Virus record (IMG/VR): IMGVR_UViG_3300045988_129434
DNA from: a virus
DNA: 64,000 nt
Direction: 5' to 3' (one strand)
The position numbers were made by a program, and so were the translations under genes. Below the pieces are notes generated by a model, which was given only the letters and a program-made list of their open reading frames with translations, had not been told where the DNA came from and did no database searches. This document shows, in pieces, positions 51,767 to 61,643 of the stretch. Every line of letters begins with the position of its first letter. Position 1 is the first letter of the stretch.

Positions 51767-52501
51767 ATGTCTAATTCTGAATTTTTAGTTTTTTTGTTAA
51801 ATAGATTTAAAATAGAAAGAGCAAGAACCGACCGTTCAGGGGTGTATGCTTATACGCAAAAACTTTTGGCTTATAATTCAAATAAGATCGAAGGCAGCAC
51901 ATTGACTGAAGAACAAACAGCTTCTTTGTTTGACACAGGATATTTGCCTAAATCAAACGATTATTATCGAGCGAAAGATGTAGAAGAGATGAATGGGCAT
52001 TTTCTGATGTTCAATAAAATGCTAGATACTTTAGAACAGCCGTTGAACCAGGAATTAATCAAGGAATTTCACTATGAATTAAAGTCAGGGGTATTTGAGG
52101 ATAGAGCAAATGGATATGCAATCGGAGATTATAAAAAACGTCCTAATATGATTGGAATGTATCAAACAGTTTCACCTTCAGAAGTTGCGGAGAGAATGAC
52201 AGAATTACTTGATTGGTATTTCACCCAGAAAGTAAATTTAGAAGTCTTAGCTGAGTTTCACATGAAATATGAAAGTATCCATCCATTTCAAGATGGAAAC
52301 GGAAGAACTGGCCGATTAATTGTTTTCAGAGAATGTTTGAGAAATGGTTTGGTGCCTCTCATTATTGAAGACCGGAATAGAAATAGATACCTGGAAGCTT
52401 TTAGAGAATATAGAGAAGAAGGAACAACCCAAAAGATGGTCAACTTATTCTTACAGGAGCAGTCGGATTATAGGGAAAAATGTAGGTATTTTGAGGGATA
52501 A
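51767..52501 (+). CDS. fic: Fic-family protein (AMPylase-type) with N-terminal inhibitory motif
   Basis: HPFQDGNGRTGRL; SNKIEG matches (S/T)xxxE(G/N). Confidence 0.85.
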   Translation: MSNSEFLVFLLNRFKIERARTDRSGVYAYTQKLLAYNSNKIEGSTLTEEQTASLFDTGYLPKSNDYYRAKDVEEMNGHFLMFNKMLDTLEQPLNQELIKEFHYELKSGVFEDRANGYAIGDYKKRPNMIGMYQTVSPSEVAERMTELLDWYFTQKVNLEVLAEFHMKYESIHPFQDGNGRTGRLIVFRECLRNGLVPLIIEDRNRNRYLEAFREYREEGTTQKMVNLFLQEQSDYREKCRYFEG

Positions 52502-52504
52502 TAT

Positions 52505-52724
52505 ATGGAAAAAGGCGATATTGTGTACATTGTGGAAAACCGCCGAAAGGTGACAGAGGTTGTGATACGTTCAATTACTGAGAATTTGTTTACTGTATTG
52601 TTACCGACTGGGGGGAGCAATACGCCTTCCTAGAGGAAGAATATATAAGACTAGATTGGAAGCGGAAAAGCAGTTGGTATATAAACCTATAAAAAAAGAA
52701 CGGACACCATACGACTATATGTGA
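52505..52724 (+). pseudogene. small gene split by a +1 frameshift at a G6 run (52610-52615)
   Basis: MEKGDIVYIVENRRKVTEVVIRSITENLFTVLLPTGG | AIRLPRGRIYKTRLEAEKQL.. read continuously across frames. Confidence 0.4.
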
Positions 52725-52727
52725 AAT

Positions 52728-52815
52728 ATGAGTACCTATAGAACTGAAAAATGAAGTATAATATAAAATATATATATTATATAGAAAGCACTTGCCGAAA
52801 AGCAGGTGCTTTTTT
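52728..52815 (+). promoter_or_regulatory. late promoter-plus-terminator cassette, copy C
   Basis: ATGAGTACC(52728)-29 nt spacing-TATAAT(52757-52762); hairpin AGCACTTGC/GCAGGTGCT plus T6 (52787-52815). Confidence 0.6.
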
Positions 52816-52850
52816 CCGGCTAATAAATGGATTTAGTCGCTGACCAGAAA
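52816..52850 (+). promoter_or_regulatory. conserved 5' leader RNA motif, copy 3 (before tail-tip genes)
   Basis: CGGCTA..TAGTCG hairpin followed by CTGACC. Confidence 0.45.
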
Positions 52851-52858
52851 GAACGGAG

Positions 52859-53251
52859 ATGGTTGTATTGGAATTAACTAAACAAATAAAAGATGTATTC
52901 TTAAAAGTGGACGGGGTAGCAATGCCCTGTCCTTCGTCTTTTACGTGGGGATTGCAAGATATTTCAGCATCGGAATCGGGCCGGACAGACGATACTATTA
53001 TGCATAAGAACCGGGTGGGGCAGAAAAGAAAACTCAGTATCGGTTGGAACGCACCAGACTGGGATACTGCTTGTGACATTATACAAGCAGTAAATCCAGA
53101 GTACATAGAAGTTGAATATCCAGATTTATTAGATCGAAACAAACATGCAGTAAGAACTTTTTATGTCGGAGACAGAAGTGCGCCTTTTAAGTGCTGGTGG
53201 ATAGGAAATCAGAGAATGGAAGGCGTCAGTTTCGACTTTATTGAGAGGTGA
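52859..53251 (+). CDS. tail-tip component (small distal-tail-protein-like), putative
   Basis: 130 aa; first gene of the post-TMP tail-tip block; function from position only. Confidence 0.5.
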   Translation: MVVLELTKQIKDVFLKVDGVAMPCPSSFTWGLQDISASESGRTDDTIMHKNRVGQKRKLSIGWNAPDWDTACDIIQAVNPEYIEVEYPDLLDRNKHAVRTFYVGDRSAPFKCWWIGNQRMEGVSFDFIER

Positions 53252-55995
53252 ATATCATACTTAATTTATCAAGTGATTTCAAAAAAGAATTAAATAAAGA
53301 TAATCGGAACTATTTGGAATATGTTGATATTACGCTAAAAGACAAAACAGAAATAAAATTAACAAATAAGGAGCTCTGGGGAAAATCTCTTGCTATCAAA
53401 GATGCAGTATCATCGGAGAACTCTTTTGATATAGGTGCAGCAATTATTAATCAGTGTTCTTTTACAATTAATAATATATATGATAATTATTCAATTTATG
53501 ATTTTTCAGGGGCTAATGTTGTAGTTTATGTTGGCATGGAACTTTCAAATGGAACAATAGAGAAAATAAGAAAAGGCACATTTATTGTTGATGAAGCAAA
53601 ATATAATGGAAGTTTAATATCAATTACCTGCTTGGATTATCTATCAAAATTTGATAAAGATTATTCGATTAGTACATTGAAATATCCAGCTACATTACTA
53701 GAAATTTATTTAGATGCTTGCAAAAATTGTGGAATTACATACATAACAGCAAGATTTGATAATGATGATTATGTAGTAAAAGAAAGACCTGATGATTCGG
53801 CTCTTACATTTCGCCAAGTTCTTCAATGGATCTGCCAAATATCCTGCAAATGGGCTAGAATGGATGTTTACGGAAGATTAGCTTTAAAATGGTATGAGCA
53901 GGCCACCTTTGAGCAGACCGGAAATTTAAATGGCGGAACATTCAAAGATCAGCCATGCGGGAAATTCGAAAATCTTCTTGTTAATTCTGGGACATCTATA
54001 TATGCGCAATCTTCAAAAGGAGTTATTCGAGACTTTATATCTAAAACATTAAAAGCCAATACTACATATACACTTGTGTCCAGTGCGAAAGTGCCGAATG
54101 AAAATGCATTTATTCGGGTATATGACAAAACCAGCAGTAATATTTTGTGTAATTTTTCAAACGGGCAAAATGGGGTAGAGAAAGTTGTGTTCACAACCCC
54201 TCAAAGTGTTTCTGGAAATTCTGTAAAATTTGTTGTCTTCGGAAATAGTGGAAGCGGAACAGTAAGTCGATGGGCTTGCTTATACGAGGGAAACGTAGAT
54301 GCTCCTTTGTACTGGACTCCTGCGCAGGGAGAGGAACAATATGAAATGGCTGATTGCGCAGATGGCGGAATCTTTGATTTCGATACAGGAGATGTCGTTG
54401 ATGCCGGGACTTTTGAAGATTGGGAAAGTATTCATCACCTGCATTCCTTTTTTTCTGCCACAGTATTTACGGATGATGTAGTGATAACAGGAATACGTGT
54501 GAAAGAATTTGCCAAAGATTCAAAAAAATCCGGGACTTATGAGTCAGGAGAAAAAGGATATTTGCTTGAGATTTCCAACAATAAATTTATTTTACCTGGA
54601 AACGGTCAAGATGTGGCAGATTATCTTGGTGAAAAACTGATTGGTCTTAGATTTCGTCCTTTTTCTATTTCCGCATTATCAAACCCTTCTATTGAGGCAG
54701 GAGATTGTGCTTATATTACTGATCGAAAAAATAACACATACCAGACATTCATTACTAGCTCTACTTTTCAGGTTGGAAATCAACAGAAGTTGAGCTGTGG
54801 GGCTGAAACACCGTCTAGAAACAGTGCATCAAGGTATAGTCAGATCACACAGTCCTATGTCGATAACCGAAATCAGACAGAACAGCAGCTAACAGAGTAT
54901 GACAAAATCGTAAATCAGATAACTGACGCTATAGACAATAGTCTGGGTATGTTTAAGACAGTAAAAAGGACAGAAAATAATGGAGTAATTGTTTACCAGC
55001 ACAATAAACCGAAACTAGAAGATTCGGATACGATATGGAAGAAAACGGAACTTGGTTTCGAAGTTTCTACAGATGGTGGAAAGACATGGAATGCAGGTAT
55101 AGATTCATCAGGAAACGCATTTCTTAATGTGCTGGCTGTTATAGGGTTTTATTTTGATTGGGCGAAAGGCGGAACTCTGACGCTTGGTGGAAGTTCTAAT
55201 AAAAATGGCATATTAAGGGTTCTTGATAGTTCGGGAGGGCTAGTCGGAAAGATAGATCAATCCGGTTCAGAACTCAATGGAAAATTCACGAGCAAGTCTG
55301 CAAATACTTGGGGAGTGGAATATATTTCTCTTACAGATGCAATTATTTCTGGCGGTTTAGGTGATACGCAATGGACAATTTTAGATTTGGCTGCTCAGTA
55401 TGCAGATAAACGTCGCCATGCTGCATTTTCCTGCGAAAATGGAACGATTCATTTGAAAGGAATTAAAATTTTGATAGAAGGAGATGCCGAAGTATATGGT
55501 TCGAAAAGTCGCATTGTCGAAACTGATAATTACGAAACAGTTGCGCAATATTGCTATGAGACACCAACCCCAATGTTTGGAGATATAGGAGGCGGCCGGA
55601 TAAATTCAGATGGGATTGCAATTATTGACATAGACCCTATATTTGCGAATACGGTCTGTGCAGTGGCTAATTATCATGTTTTTCTTCAGAAGGAAGGGGA
55701 GGGAGATATATGGGTTTCTAAAAAAGAAAGGGATTATTTCATTGTCAAAGGGACACCAAATTTAGAGTTTTCCTGGGAAATAAAAGCAATCCAGCGTAAT
55801 TTTGAGAGTTATAGATTAAATAATGTTGAATTATATTATTTGTACCAAAATGCATATTTAGACTATGACGATGAAATTGATGAAAATATCAATGAATTAG
55901 TAGAGGAATCAGACGCAGAGATTCATGGGATGTTAGATGAAGTTATTTATAAATATGATTTGGAAATGGAGGAATTGATAAATGAAAGCAATTAA
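53248..55995 (+). CDS. tail-associated hub protein (Tal / prophage-tail-endopeptidase-type N-terminus) with extra domains
   Basis: 915 aa; GTG overlapping the upstream TGA; position and size. Confidence 0.6.
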   Translation: MNIILNLSSDFKKELNKDNRNYLEYVDITLKDKTEIKLTNKELWGKSLAIKDAVSSENSFDIGAAIINQCSFTINNIYDNYSIYDFSGANVVVYVGMELSNGTIEKIRKGTFIVDEAKYNGSLISITCLDYLSKFDKDYSISTLKYPATLLEIYLDACKNCGITYITARFDNDDYVVKERPDDSALTFRQVLQWICQISCKWARMDVYGRLALKWYEQATFEQTGNLNGGTFKDQPCGKFENLLVNSGTSIYAQSSKGVIRDFISKTLKANTTYTLVSSAKVPNENAFIRVYDKTSSNILCNFSNGQNGVEKVVFTTPQSVSGNSVKFVVFGNSGSGTVSRWACLYEGNVDAPLYWTPAQGEEQYEMADCADGGIFDFDTGDVVDAGTFEDWESIHHLHSFFSATVFTDDVVITGIRVKEFAKDSKKSGTYESGEKGYLLEISNNKFILPGNGQDVADYLGEKLIGLRFRPFSISALSNPSIEAGDCAYITDRKNNTYQTFITSSTFQVGNQQKLSCGAETPSRNSASRYSQITQSYVDNRNQTEQQLTEYDKIVNQITDAIDNSLGMFKTVKRTENNGVIVYQHNKPKLEDSDTIWKKTELGFEVSTDGGKTWNAGIDSSGNAFLNVLAVIGFYFDWAKGGTLTLGGSSNKNGILRVLDSSGGLVGKIDQSGSELNGKFTSKSANTWGVEYISLTDAIISGGLGDTQWTILDLAAQYADKRRHAAFSCENGTIHLKGIKILIEGDAEVYGSKSRIVETDNYETVAQYCYETPTPMFGDIGGGRINSDGIAIIDIDPIFANTVCAVANYHVFLQKEGEGDIWVSKKERDYFIVKGTPNLEFSWEIKAIQRNFESYRLNNVELYYLYQNAYLDYDDEIDENINELVEESDAEIHGMLDEVIYKYDLEMEELINESN

Positions 55996-56182
55996 AATCA
56001 TCAGTATTATTAATCAAGGAGGCGAATATGCAGTGACAGCTACTTACAATGAAGTAAATGAAAATGGAGATATTGTCAAAAAAAATGAAAAAGCGCCGAC
56101 ATTTTATGCAGTTGGCGATATTTACGATAAAGTAAAATCAATCGAAAATATTGTGACAGAAAGGCTTTCAGGTGATGCATAA
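55982..56182 (+). CDS. hypothetical protein (66 aa)
   Basis: ORF track. Confidence 0.5.
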   Translation: MKAIKIISIINQGGEYAVTATYNEVNENGDIVKKNEKAPTFYAVGDIYDKVKSIENIVTERLSGDA

Positions 56183-57222
56183 TGGCAATACAAAGTAGAA
56201 GAGGAGCATATGCTGATTTCGACCCCAATAAGATGCTTCCTGGGGAATGGGCGGTAGTAACATCTGGCGATCCGAATGACCCTGATGGAAGAGCAATTTA
56301 CTTGTGTTATATTGCCGGGATTGTTGAACGGATGGCTACATATGAAGATATGAAGAAAAATGTTCAAAGTGCTGCAAAAGGAGAACGCGGAAGCAGATGG
56401 GATTATGGAACCAAAATTACAGGAACATCAACGTCGGAACAGATATTCAGCAATTCAGGGATTAATGATGCAAATAAAGGAGATTACTATTTAAATATAT
56501 CAACGGGCTATGTCTATTATTGCACGGTGGGCGGATTAGCGTCTGTAGCTAAATGGAAATACATTGGTTCCATTAAAGGACCAACTGGACCGAAAGGCTC
56601 CATAGGAAACACAGGTGCAACAGGAGCAACTGGTCCACAAGGCCCCGCAGCTACCATTCAGATCGGAACAGTGACCACCGGTAAGCCAGGGACACAAGCA
56701 AGCGTGACAAATACCGGGACAGAAAATGCGGCAGTTTTGAATTTTGCCATACCAAGAGGTGATACGGGCGCAGTTGAAAACCTGTCTCAGCAGCAGGTGG
56801 ATTTTTCTGAAGCATCACAGAGGCAGAACATTCAGTCAGAGGAAACTCTGGCTATTTTATTTGGAAAAATCAAAAAATATTTTTCGGATGTAGAGTCAGA
56901 AGTGTTTGAAAAGCTAAAACAGGATGCAGAAAGCGAGTCGGCTCAAAGCGGAGCGTTTCTTTTGGGAAACCTAAAAATCCAATGGGGACGTATCGACAAT
57001 CTGGATGTGCCTGCTTCGGGTTCTATCCAGACAGATGCGATCACGTTTCCACATGCCTATGGGGCGCCTCCGTTCCTGACTTGTATCCCCTTGGGAAACT
57101 ATTATCTGGCGGCAAACCCCACGAATAACGTAAACTTGTCACAGGCATCCTTCCGGGTGCGGGCAGCAGACGGCGCAGCACATAATGATAGGAGTATCCT
57201 GTGGTTGGCGATAGGGTATTAA
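56182..57222 (+). CDS. collagen-like-repeat tail fibre / baseplate protein
   Basis: GPTGPKGSIGNTGATGATGPQGP G-X-Y run. Confidence 0.7.
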   Translation: MAIQSRRGAYADFDPNKMLPGEWAVVTSGDPNDPDGRAIYLCYIAGIVERMATYEDMKKNVQSAAKGERGSRWDYGTKITGTSTSEQIFSNSGINDANKGDYYLNISTGYVYYCTVGGLASVAKWKYIGSIKGPTGPKGSIGNTGATGATGPQGPAATIQIGTVTTGKPGTQASVTNTGTENAAVLNFAIPRGDTGAVENLSQQQVDFSEASQRQNIQSEETLAILFGKIKKYFSDVESEVFEKLKQDAESESAQSGAFLLGNLKIQWGRIDNLDVPASGSIQTDAITFPHAYGAPPFLTCIPLGNYYLAANPTNNVNLSQASFRVRAADGAAHNDRSILWLAIGY

Positions 57223-57264
57223 AAAGACTGACGTAGTTTTATTTTTTTTGAAAGGAGTGGTTAG

Positions 57265-57885
57265 ATGCCAACCTTACGATTTGTTTTAAAGGGCCAATAT
57301 ATCACCCGGATAGATAGCCTGGCCCCAGTAGCAAAATCTAGGAATTATTTTTATGCACATTTCGATTTTCAGACACCGGAATGGACAGGCATTAAAACAG
57401 CATTGTTTACCCAAGGCAAGCAGACCAAAGCTGCGGTCCTGGACGATAACAACGAGTGTTTAATCCCATGGGAATTCTGGGATGCAGACCGGGAATGTGT
57501 AGGAAGTGTTTCTGTATTTTGTGAGGACTTGCGGACAGCAAACGAAGCGTTTGTCAGGATTTTAAAATCCGGCTACACCAAAAGCAGCACTTCCAACCCG
57601 CCGTCGCCGGATGTCTATGAACAATTAATTGGTATCGTAGAAGATACTAAGGAAATAGCGCAGGGTGTTCGGGACGATGCAGATGCAGGAAAGTTTACGG
57701 GACCACCAGGTCCGCAGGGGGAACAGGGGATTCCCGGCATTGTAATCCCAGCAAACGGAATGTTTGCCTTTCGAATTTTGGGGAATAATTTACACTTGAT
57801 TTATAATTCCGCAGATAAGCCCCCAGCGGCATATATCAACGAACAAGGGCATTTAATTTTTGGAACGAAGGGAGACCGCACATGA
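57265..57885 (+). CDS. BppU-like baseplate/fibre protein with a short collagen-like segment
   Basis: N-terminal ..FDFQTPEWTGIKTALF..CLIPWEF..; GPPGPQGEQGIPG. Confidence 0.55.
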   Translation: MPTLRFVLKGQYITRIDSLAPVAKSRNYFYAHFDFQTPEWTGIKTALFTQGKQTKAAVLDDNNECLIPWEFWDADRECVGSVSVFCEDLRTANEAFVRILKSGYTKSSTSNPPSPDVYEQLIGIVEDTKEIAQGVRDDADAGKFTGPPGPQGEQGIPGIVIPANGMFAFRILGNNLHLIYNSADKPPAAYINEQGHLIFGTKGDRT

Positions 57886-60800
57886 CAGAGCAAGAAATGA
57901 AGGATTTACTACAGGCAGGCGGAATCGAGCTTGCCGACCTGGGACGTGTGGTTGGGCTGAACGCCTACGAGCTGGCAGTACAGCAGGGCTTTGAAGGGAC
58001 GCTGGAAGAATGGTTGGATTCCCTGAAATACGTGTCAAGCGAGGAATACAAGGAGCTTGTGGCACAGGTGGAAGCGGCGGCGGAAACCATAAAGGAAGCT
58101 TTGAAAAGCGCGGACGTTAAGGTACAGGAGCTTACAGATTTAATCACAAGCGGGTTAAAGAATATAAATGCCGCTGAGGCGGAAGCTTTGGAAACGGTTT
58201 CTAAGGCACAGATCACAGCAACAACAGCGGTAACACAGGCACAAACAACGGCAGAAAAGTCCATAGGGACAGAGTTAGGCAAAGCGCTGGAAAGCATTGC
58301 CGCCAAGCTGGCAGAAGCAACGTTGGAAGTACAAACGGCAGGAGAGAGCTGGAAGGAACAAATCAAAAGCACAGGTGCAGTGGCGCTGGATGCTATAAGT
58401 GATACGAAAGAGAATGTAATAAAGTCGGTAACAGACGCTGGCACGGAAGTTAAGTCAGAGATAGAATCTCAGACGGAAACCGCGAAAACAGAAATTGGGA
58501 CCGCGAAAACAGAGGCAGTAAATGCGGTATCAAGTGCGGAGATTGGTGCAAAAGAAAGTATTGCAACTGCAAAAACAGAAGCTGTGCAGTCCGTGAACAG
58601 TGCAAAAGACAGTGCATTAGAAGAGATAGCGGAAGACACAAATATACAGCAGATACAGAAAAACACCGAAGACATAAAGAATAAACTAGACAAGAACCAG
58701 GGCGCAGAGAATACCGGGAAAGCTCTTGTTGTTGGGGAAGACGGAACAGTAAAGCCGGGGGAAATCCCAATCAAAGTAGATGATACTCTAAGCCAGACGG
58801 GACAAGCTGCGGATGCGGAGAAGGTTGGGGCAAGACTGCATGAAATTGATGCTGTAAAATTACGAGGGCCAGTTGAGACAGTCAGCGGGGAAATTTTGCA
58901 GATTGAGAATCCAGCGGGACAGCCGCCAGTAGGGATGAGAGTATATGGTAAGGCCGAACAGAATACAACGACAGGGGCACAGTTACTCAATGCACCAGAT
59001 AAAACTAATAAAATATTTGGAGTAACCATGAGTGTTTCTGGGGGGATAGCATCTTTTAGTGGTACGTTGTCATCAAACAATGCAACATTCTGGTTCATTG
59101 GAAGTTATAATGGAACGGATGTAGTAATGACTTTGCCAGCCGGCAGATACTATCTACAGAACTGTTCCATGCAAACGCTGGGAAACGGTGCATTAAAAAC
59201 AGGCGCGATAACCAGTGAGACAGAAATACAGATAACAGGTGTTGCGTATACTTACACGAAATCTTCACCAAAAACGATATATCCTATGATTAATGCAGGC
59301 ACCACAGCCCTTCCCTGGGAGCCATATACTGGTGGACAACCATCTCCAAATCCAGACTATACCCAAGAAATTGAGTTGTCAGGAGATAGTGGGAAGATTA
59401 ACCTACTTATTGCAGACGGACAAGAAGAACAGACTTTGATTATTTCGACTCCAAACGGCCTTCTTGGTCTACCAGTAGATAGTGGTGGAAATTATACCGA
59501 TTCAAATGGACAACAGTGGGTGTGCGATGAGATTGATTTTGTGAGAGGGAAATATATTCAGAGAATAGGAAAGACAAATTTTGTTGAGACGAGTTGGATT
59601 AGAAATAATTCCGGCCAATATTATACAAACAAAGATTTTGATAAGTATAAAATAGATAGCTTAGTGATATGCTCGCATATGTTGGGAAAAGACACGGGAG
59701 CATCAGAAAATACGATGTTTGTAAATAACAACGGGAACATCAGGCTAAACTATAAAAACACGACAGATACCATTGAATATATTGCGGATATCATGAACGA
59801 CGCAGTCATGTATGGAATTCTTGCCGAACCTATAGAAACCGATCTTTCCCCAGAAGAAATCGCAGCTTACCGGGCATTAAAGTTGTACAATCCTGTAGTA
59901 AACGTCTTTACAGCGGAATCTCTCATGCCTGGAATAGAGGTTGATTATGTCCCTGAGACAGAACAATACATAGAAAAGTCCATCAATGAAAATACCCAGA
60001 AAGCCCCGGCGATTGTGGAGAAGGCAAGCGGGGAAATGCTGAATGTTACGGATAGCTCTGATCTGGGACTAAAAGGGCTGAAGGTGTTTGGAAAGGGTGA
60101 ACAAGCGAAGACAACTGGGGCGCAGTTATTTCAACCAAAAAAAGAAAACTTAACAACTAATGATGGTTTGACGGGTGTGATAAATTCTGATGGAAGTGTC
60201 ACTGTGACAGGGACACCTACCAAACGATATGCACAAGCCTATTTTGAAAATGTTTCAAGTTTCCCAGAAGGCAAATATTTCATATCAGGAGGAAGCCATG
60301 AAGTCAGTACATTAACCTTTCAGGTGGATATAACACGGCAGGATGATACTATAGAATATTTAAGAAACACTGCAATAGAATTTAAAGCGGATGATAAATC
60401 AAGAAGAGTTATGATTAAATATGATTCACCAGATTTACAGAAAACAAATTATACCATATATCCGATGCTTAACGTGGGCGAAACACAAGCTCCGTATGAA
60501 CCTTACACCGGCAATCAACCTAGTCCGAATCCTGATTATCCGCAGGAGATTAAGATTCCTGGGAGTGATGGGAGTTTAGAGGTTCGTGTATTTGGAGCGC
60601 AGTTGATTGCAAAAACATATGCATCAGCAACGATTAACGGGATAACATATACCGTTAATGATGACGGAAGTGTAACTGCAAATGGTAAGGCAACAAGCAA
60701 TTCCTTTTTCCTTTTGTCAATGTTACCAAAGGCTAACGATGTTTTTCTAAGTGGAGGAAAAAGTGAAAGCATCTCGATAGTATATACAAATATGGTAAAT

Positions 60801-61643
60801 AAAGGTTATAAGGACGTAGGTAATGGAATTTATATACCAAATCAATTTGACTATGAAAAATATCCTAATTCAAGAATCCAAATACAAATTACCGAAGGGA
60901 CGACAGTAACAAATGAAATAATCCGTCCGATGCTAAACGCTGGTTCCACCGCTCTTCCATGGGAACCTTGCAAACTACAACCCCTCACCCTCTCCACTCC
61001 TAACGGTCTCCCAGGAATTCCGGTAGATTCAGGCGGCAATTATACAGATGAGAAGGGCCAGCAATGGATTTGTGATGAGGCGGATTTTGAGCGTGGAAAA
61101 TATATCCAGAGAGTTATTAAAAAGGAAAATCCTGTTTTTGCTAAGAATGGTGATTATGCCGTAGAAGGAAGCGAATTGTATTTTTGTAGTATTCCAGAAA
61201 TTTCAGAAACAAAAGAAATGGCTCTTCCTGGAACAGGGATATCTACATATATGCAGTATACAAATACTGTGCTTAATAGAAATGAAACTGGTTTTTATAT
61301 TAGTTATGGCGGAATCTGGGCGAGAATAAAGGATGTTGGAGACCTTGATGCTTTCAACGCAAAACTTCAAGATGCTGTGTTCTACTTTACATATAAAGGG
61401 ATACCTGAGACAGAAACTGATTTGTTGGAAAAACAACTGAAAGCTTATCGCGCCCTCCACACTAATTACCCAACCACGAACGTTTCTACAGATTCCACCC
61501 CGCAGGCAGGCTTAGAAATGGAGTATGTAGCAGATACCAAGTCTTACATCGACAAAAAATTCGAGGAACTGCAAAAAGCCCTGGTAAACACAAACACACA
61601 AGTATTAAACAAAGTAATTATGGAGGACATCGAACATGTATGA
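57882..61643 (+). CDS. tail fibre / receptor-binding protein (1253 aa) with internally duplicated distal modules
   Basis: N-terminal A/E/T-rich coiled coil with TAKTE(A/I) repeats; repeated ..PWEPYTG.QPSPNPDY.QEI.. and ..STPNGL.G.PVDSGGNYTD..GQQW.CDE.DF.RGKYIQR.. Confidence 0.75.
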   Translation: MTEQEMKDLLQAGGIELADLGRVVGLNAYELAVQQGFEGTLEEWLDSLKYVSSEEYKELVAQVEAAAETIKEALKSADVKVQELTDLITSGLKNINAAEAEALETVSKAQITATTAVTQAQTTAEKSIGTELGKALESIAAKLAEATLEVQTAGESWKEQIKSTGAVALDAISDTKENVIKSVTDAGTEVKSEIESQTETAKTEIGTAKTEAVNAVSSAEIGAKESIATAKTEAVQSVNSAKDSALEEIAEDTNIQQIQKNTEDIKNKLDKNQGAENTGKALVVGEDGTVKPGEIPIKVDDTLSQTGQAADAEKVGARLHEIDAVKLRGPVETVSGEILQIENPAGQPPVGMRVYGKAEQNTTTGAQLLNAPDKTNKIFGVTMSVSGGIASFSGTLSSNNATFWFIGSYNGTDVVMTLPAGRYYLQNCSMQTLGNGALKTGAITSETEIQITGVAYTYTKSSPKTIYPMINAGTTALPWEPYTGGQPSPNPDYTQEIELSGDSGKINLLIADGQEEQTLIISTPNGLLGLPVDSGGNYTDSNGQQWVCDEIDFVRGKYIQRIGKTNFVETSWIRNNSGQYYTNKDFDKYKIDSLVICSHMLGKDTGASENTMFVNNNGNIRLNYKNTTDTIEYIADIMNDAVMYGILAEPIETDLSPEEIAAYRALKLYNPVVNVFTAESLMPGIEVDYVPETEQYIEKSINENTQKAPAIVEKASGEMLNVTDSSDLGLKGLKVFGKGEQAKTTGAQLFQPKKENLTTNDGLTGVINSDGSVTVTGTPTKRYAQAYFENVSSFPEGKYFISGGSHEVSTLTFQVDITRQDDTIEYLRNTAIEFKADDKSRRVMIKYDSPDLQKTNYTIYPMLNVGETQAPYEPYTGNQPSPNPDYPQEIKIPGSDGSLEVRVFGAQLIAKTYASATINGITYTVNDDGSVTANGKATSNSFFLLSMLPKANDVFLSGGKSESISIVYTNMVNKGYKDVGNGIYIPNQFDYEKYPNSRIQIQITEGTTVTNEIIRPMLNAGSTALPWEPCKLQPLTLSTPNGLPGIPVDSGGNYTDEKGQQWICDEADFERGKYIQRVIKKENPVFAKNGDYAVEGSELYFCSIPEISETKEMALPGTGISTYMQYTNTVLNRNETGFYISYGGIWARIKDVGDLDAFNAKLQDAVFYFTYKGIPETETDLLEKQLKAYRALHTNYPTTNVSTDSTPQAGLEMEYVADTKSYIDKKFEELQKALVNTNTQVLNKVIMEDIEHV

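Noticed and set aside
57965-59098. Minus-strand ORFs 57965..58444, 58450..58770 and 58469..59098. The same applies to 30373..30993, 23129..23623, 7834..8397 and 41149..41646.
   Set aside because: All are antisense to long, well-supported + strand structural genes and have low-complexity composition. They are typical shadow ORFs.
57882-61643. Diversity-generating retroelement acting on the duplicated fibre modules
   Set aside because: No reverse transcriptase gene is present, and no template repeat with adenine-specific differences is visible in the window. The repeats differ at all base types.
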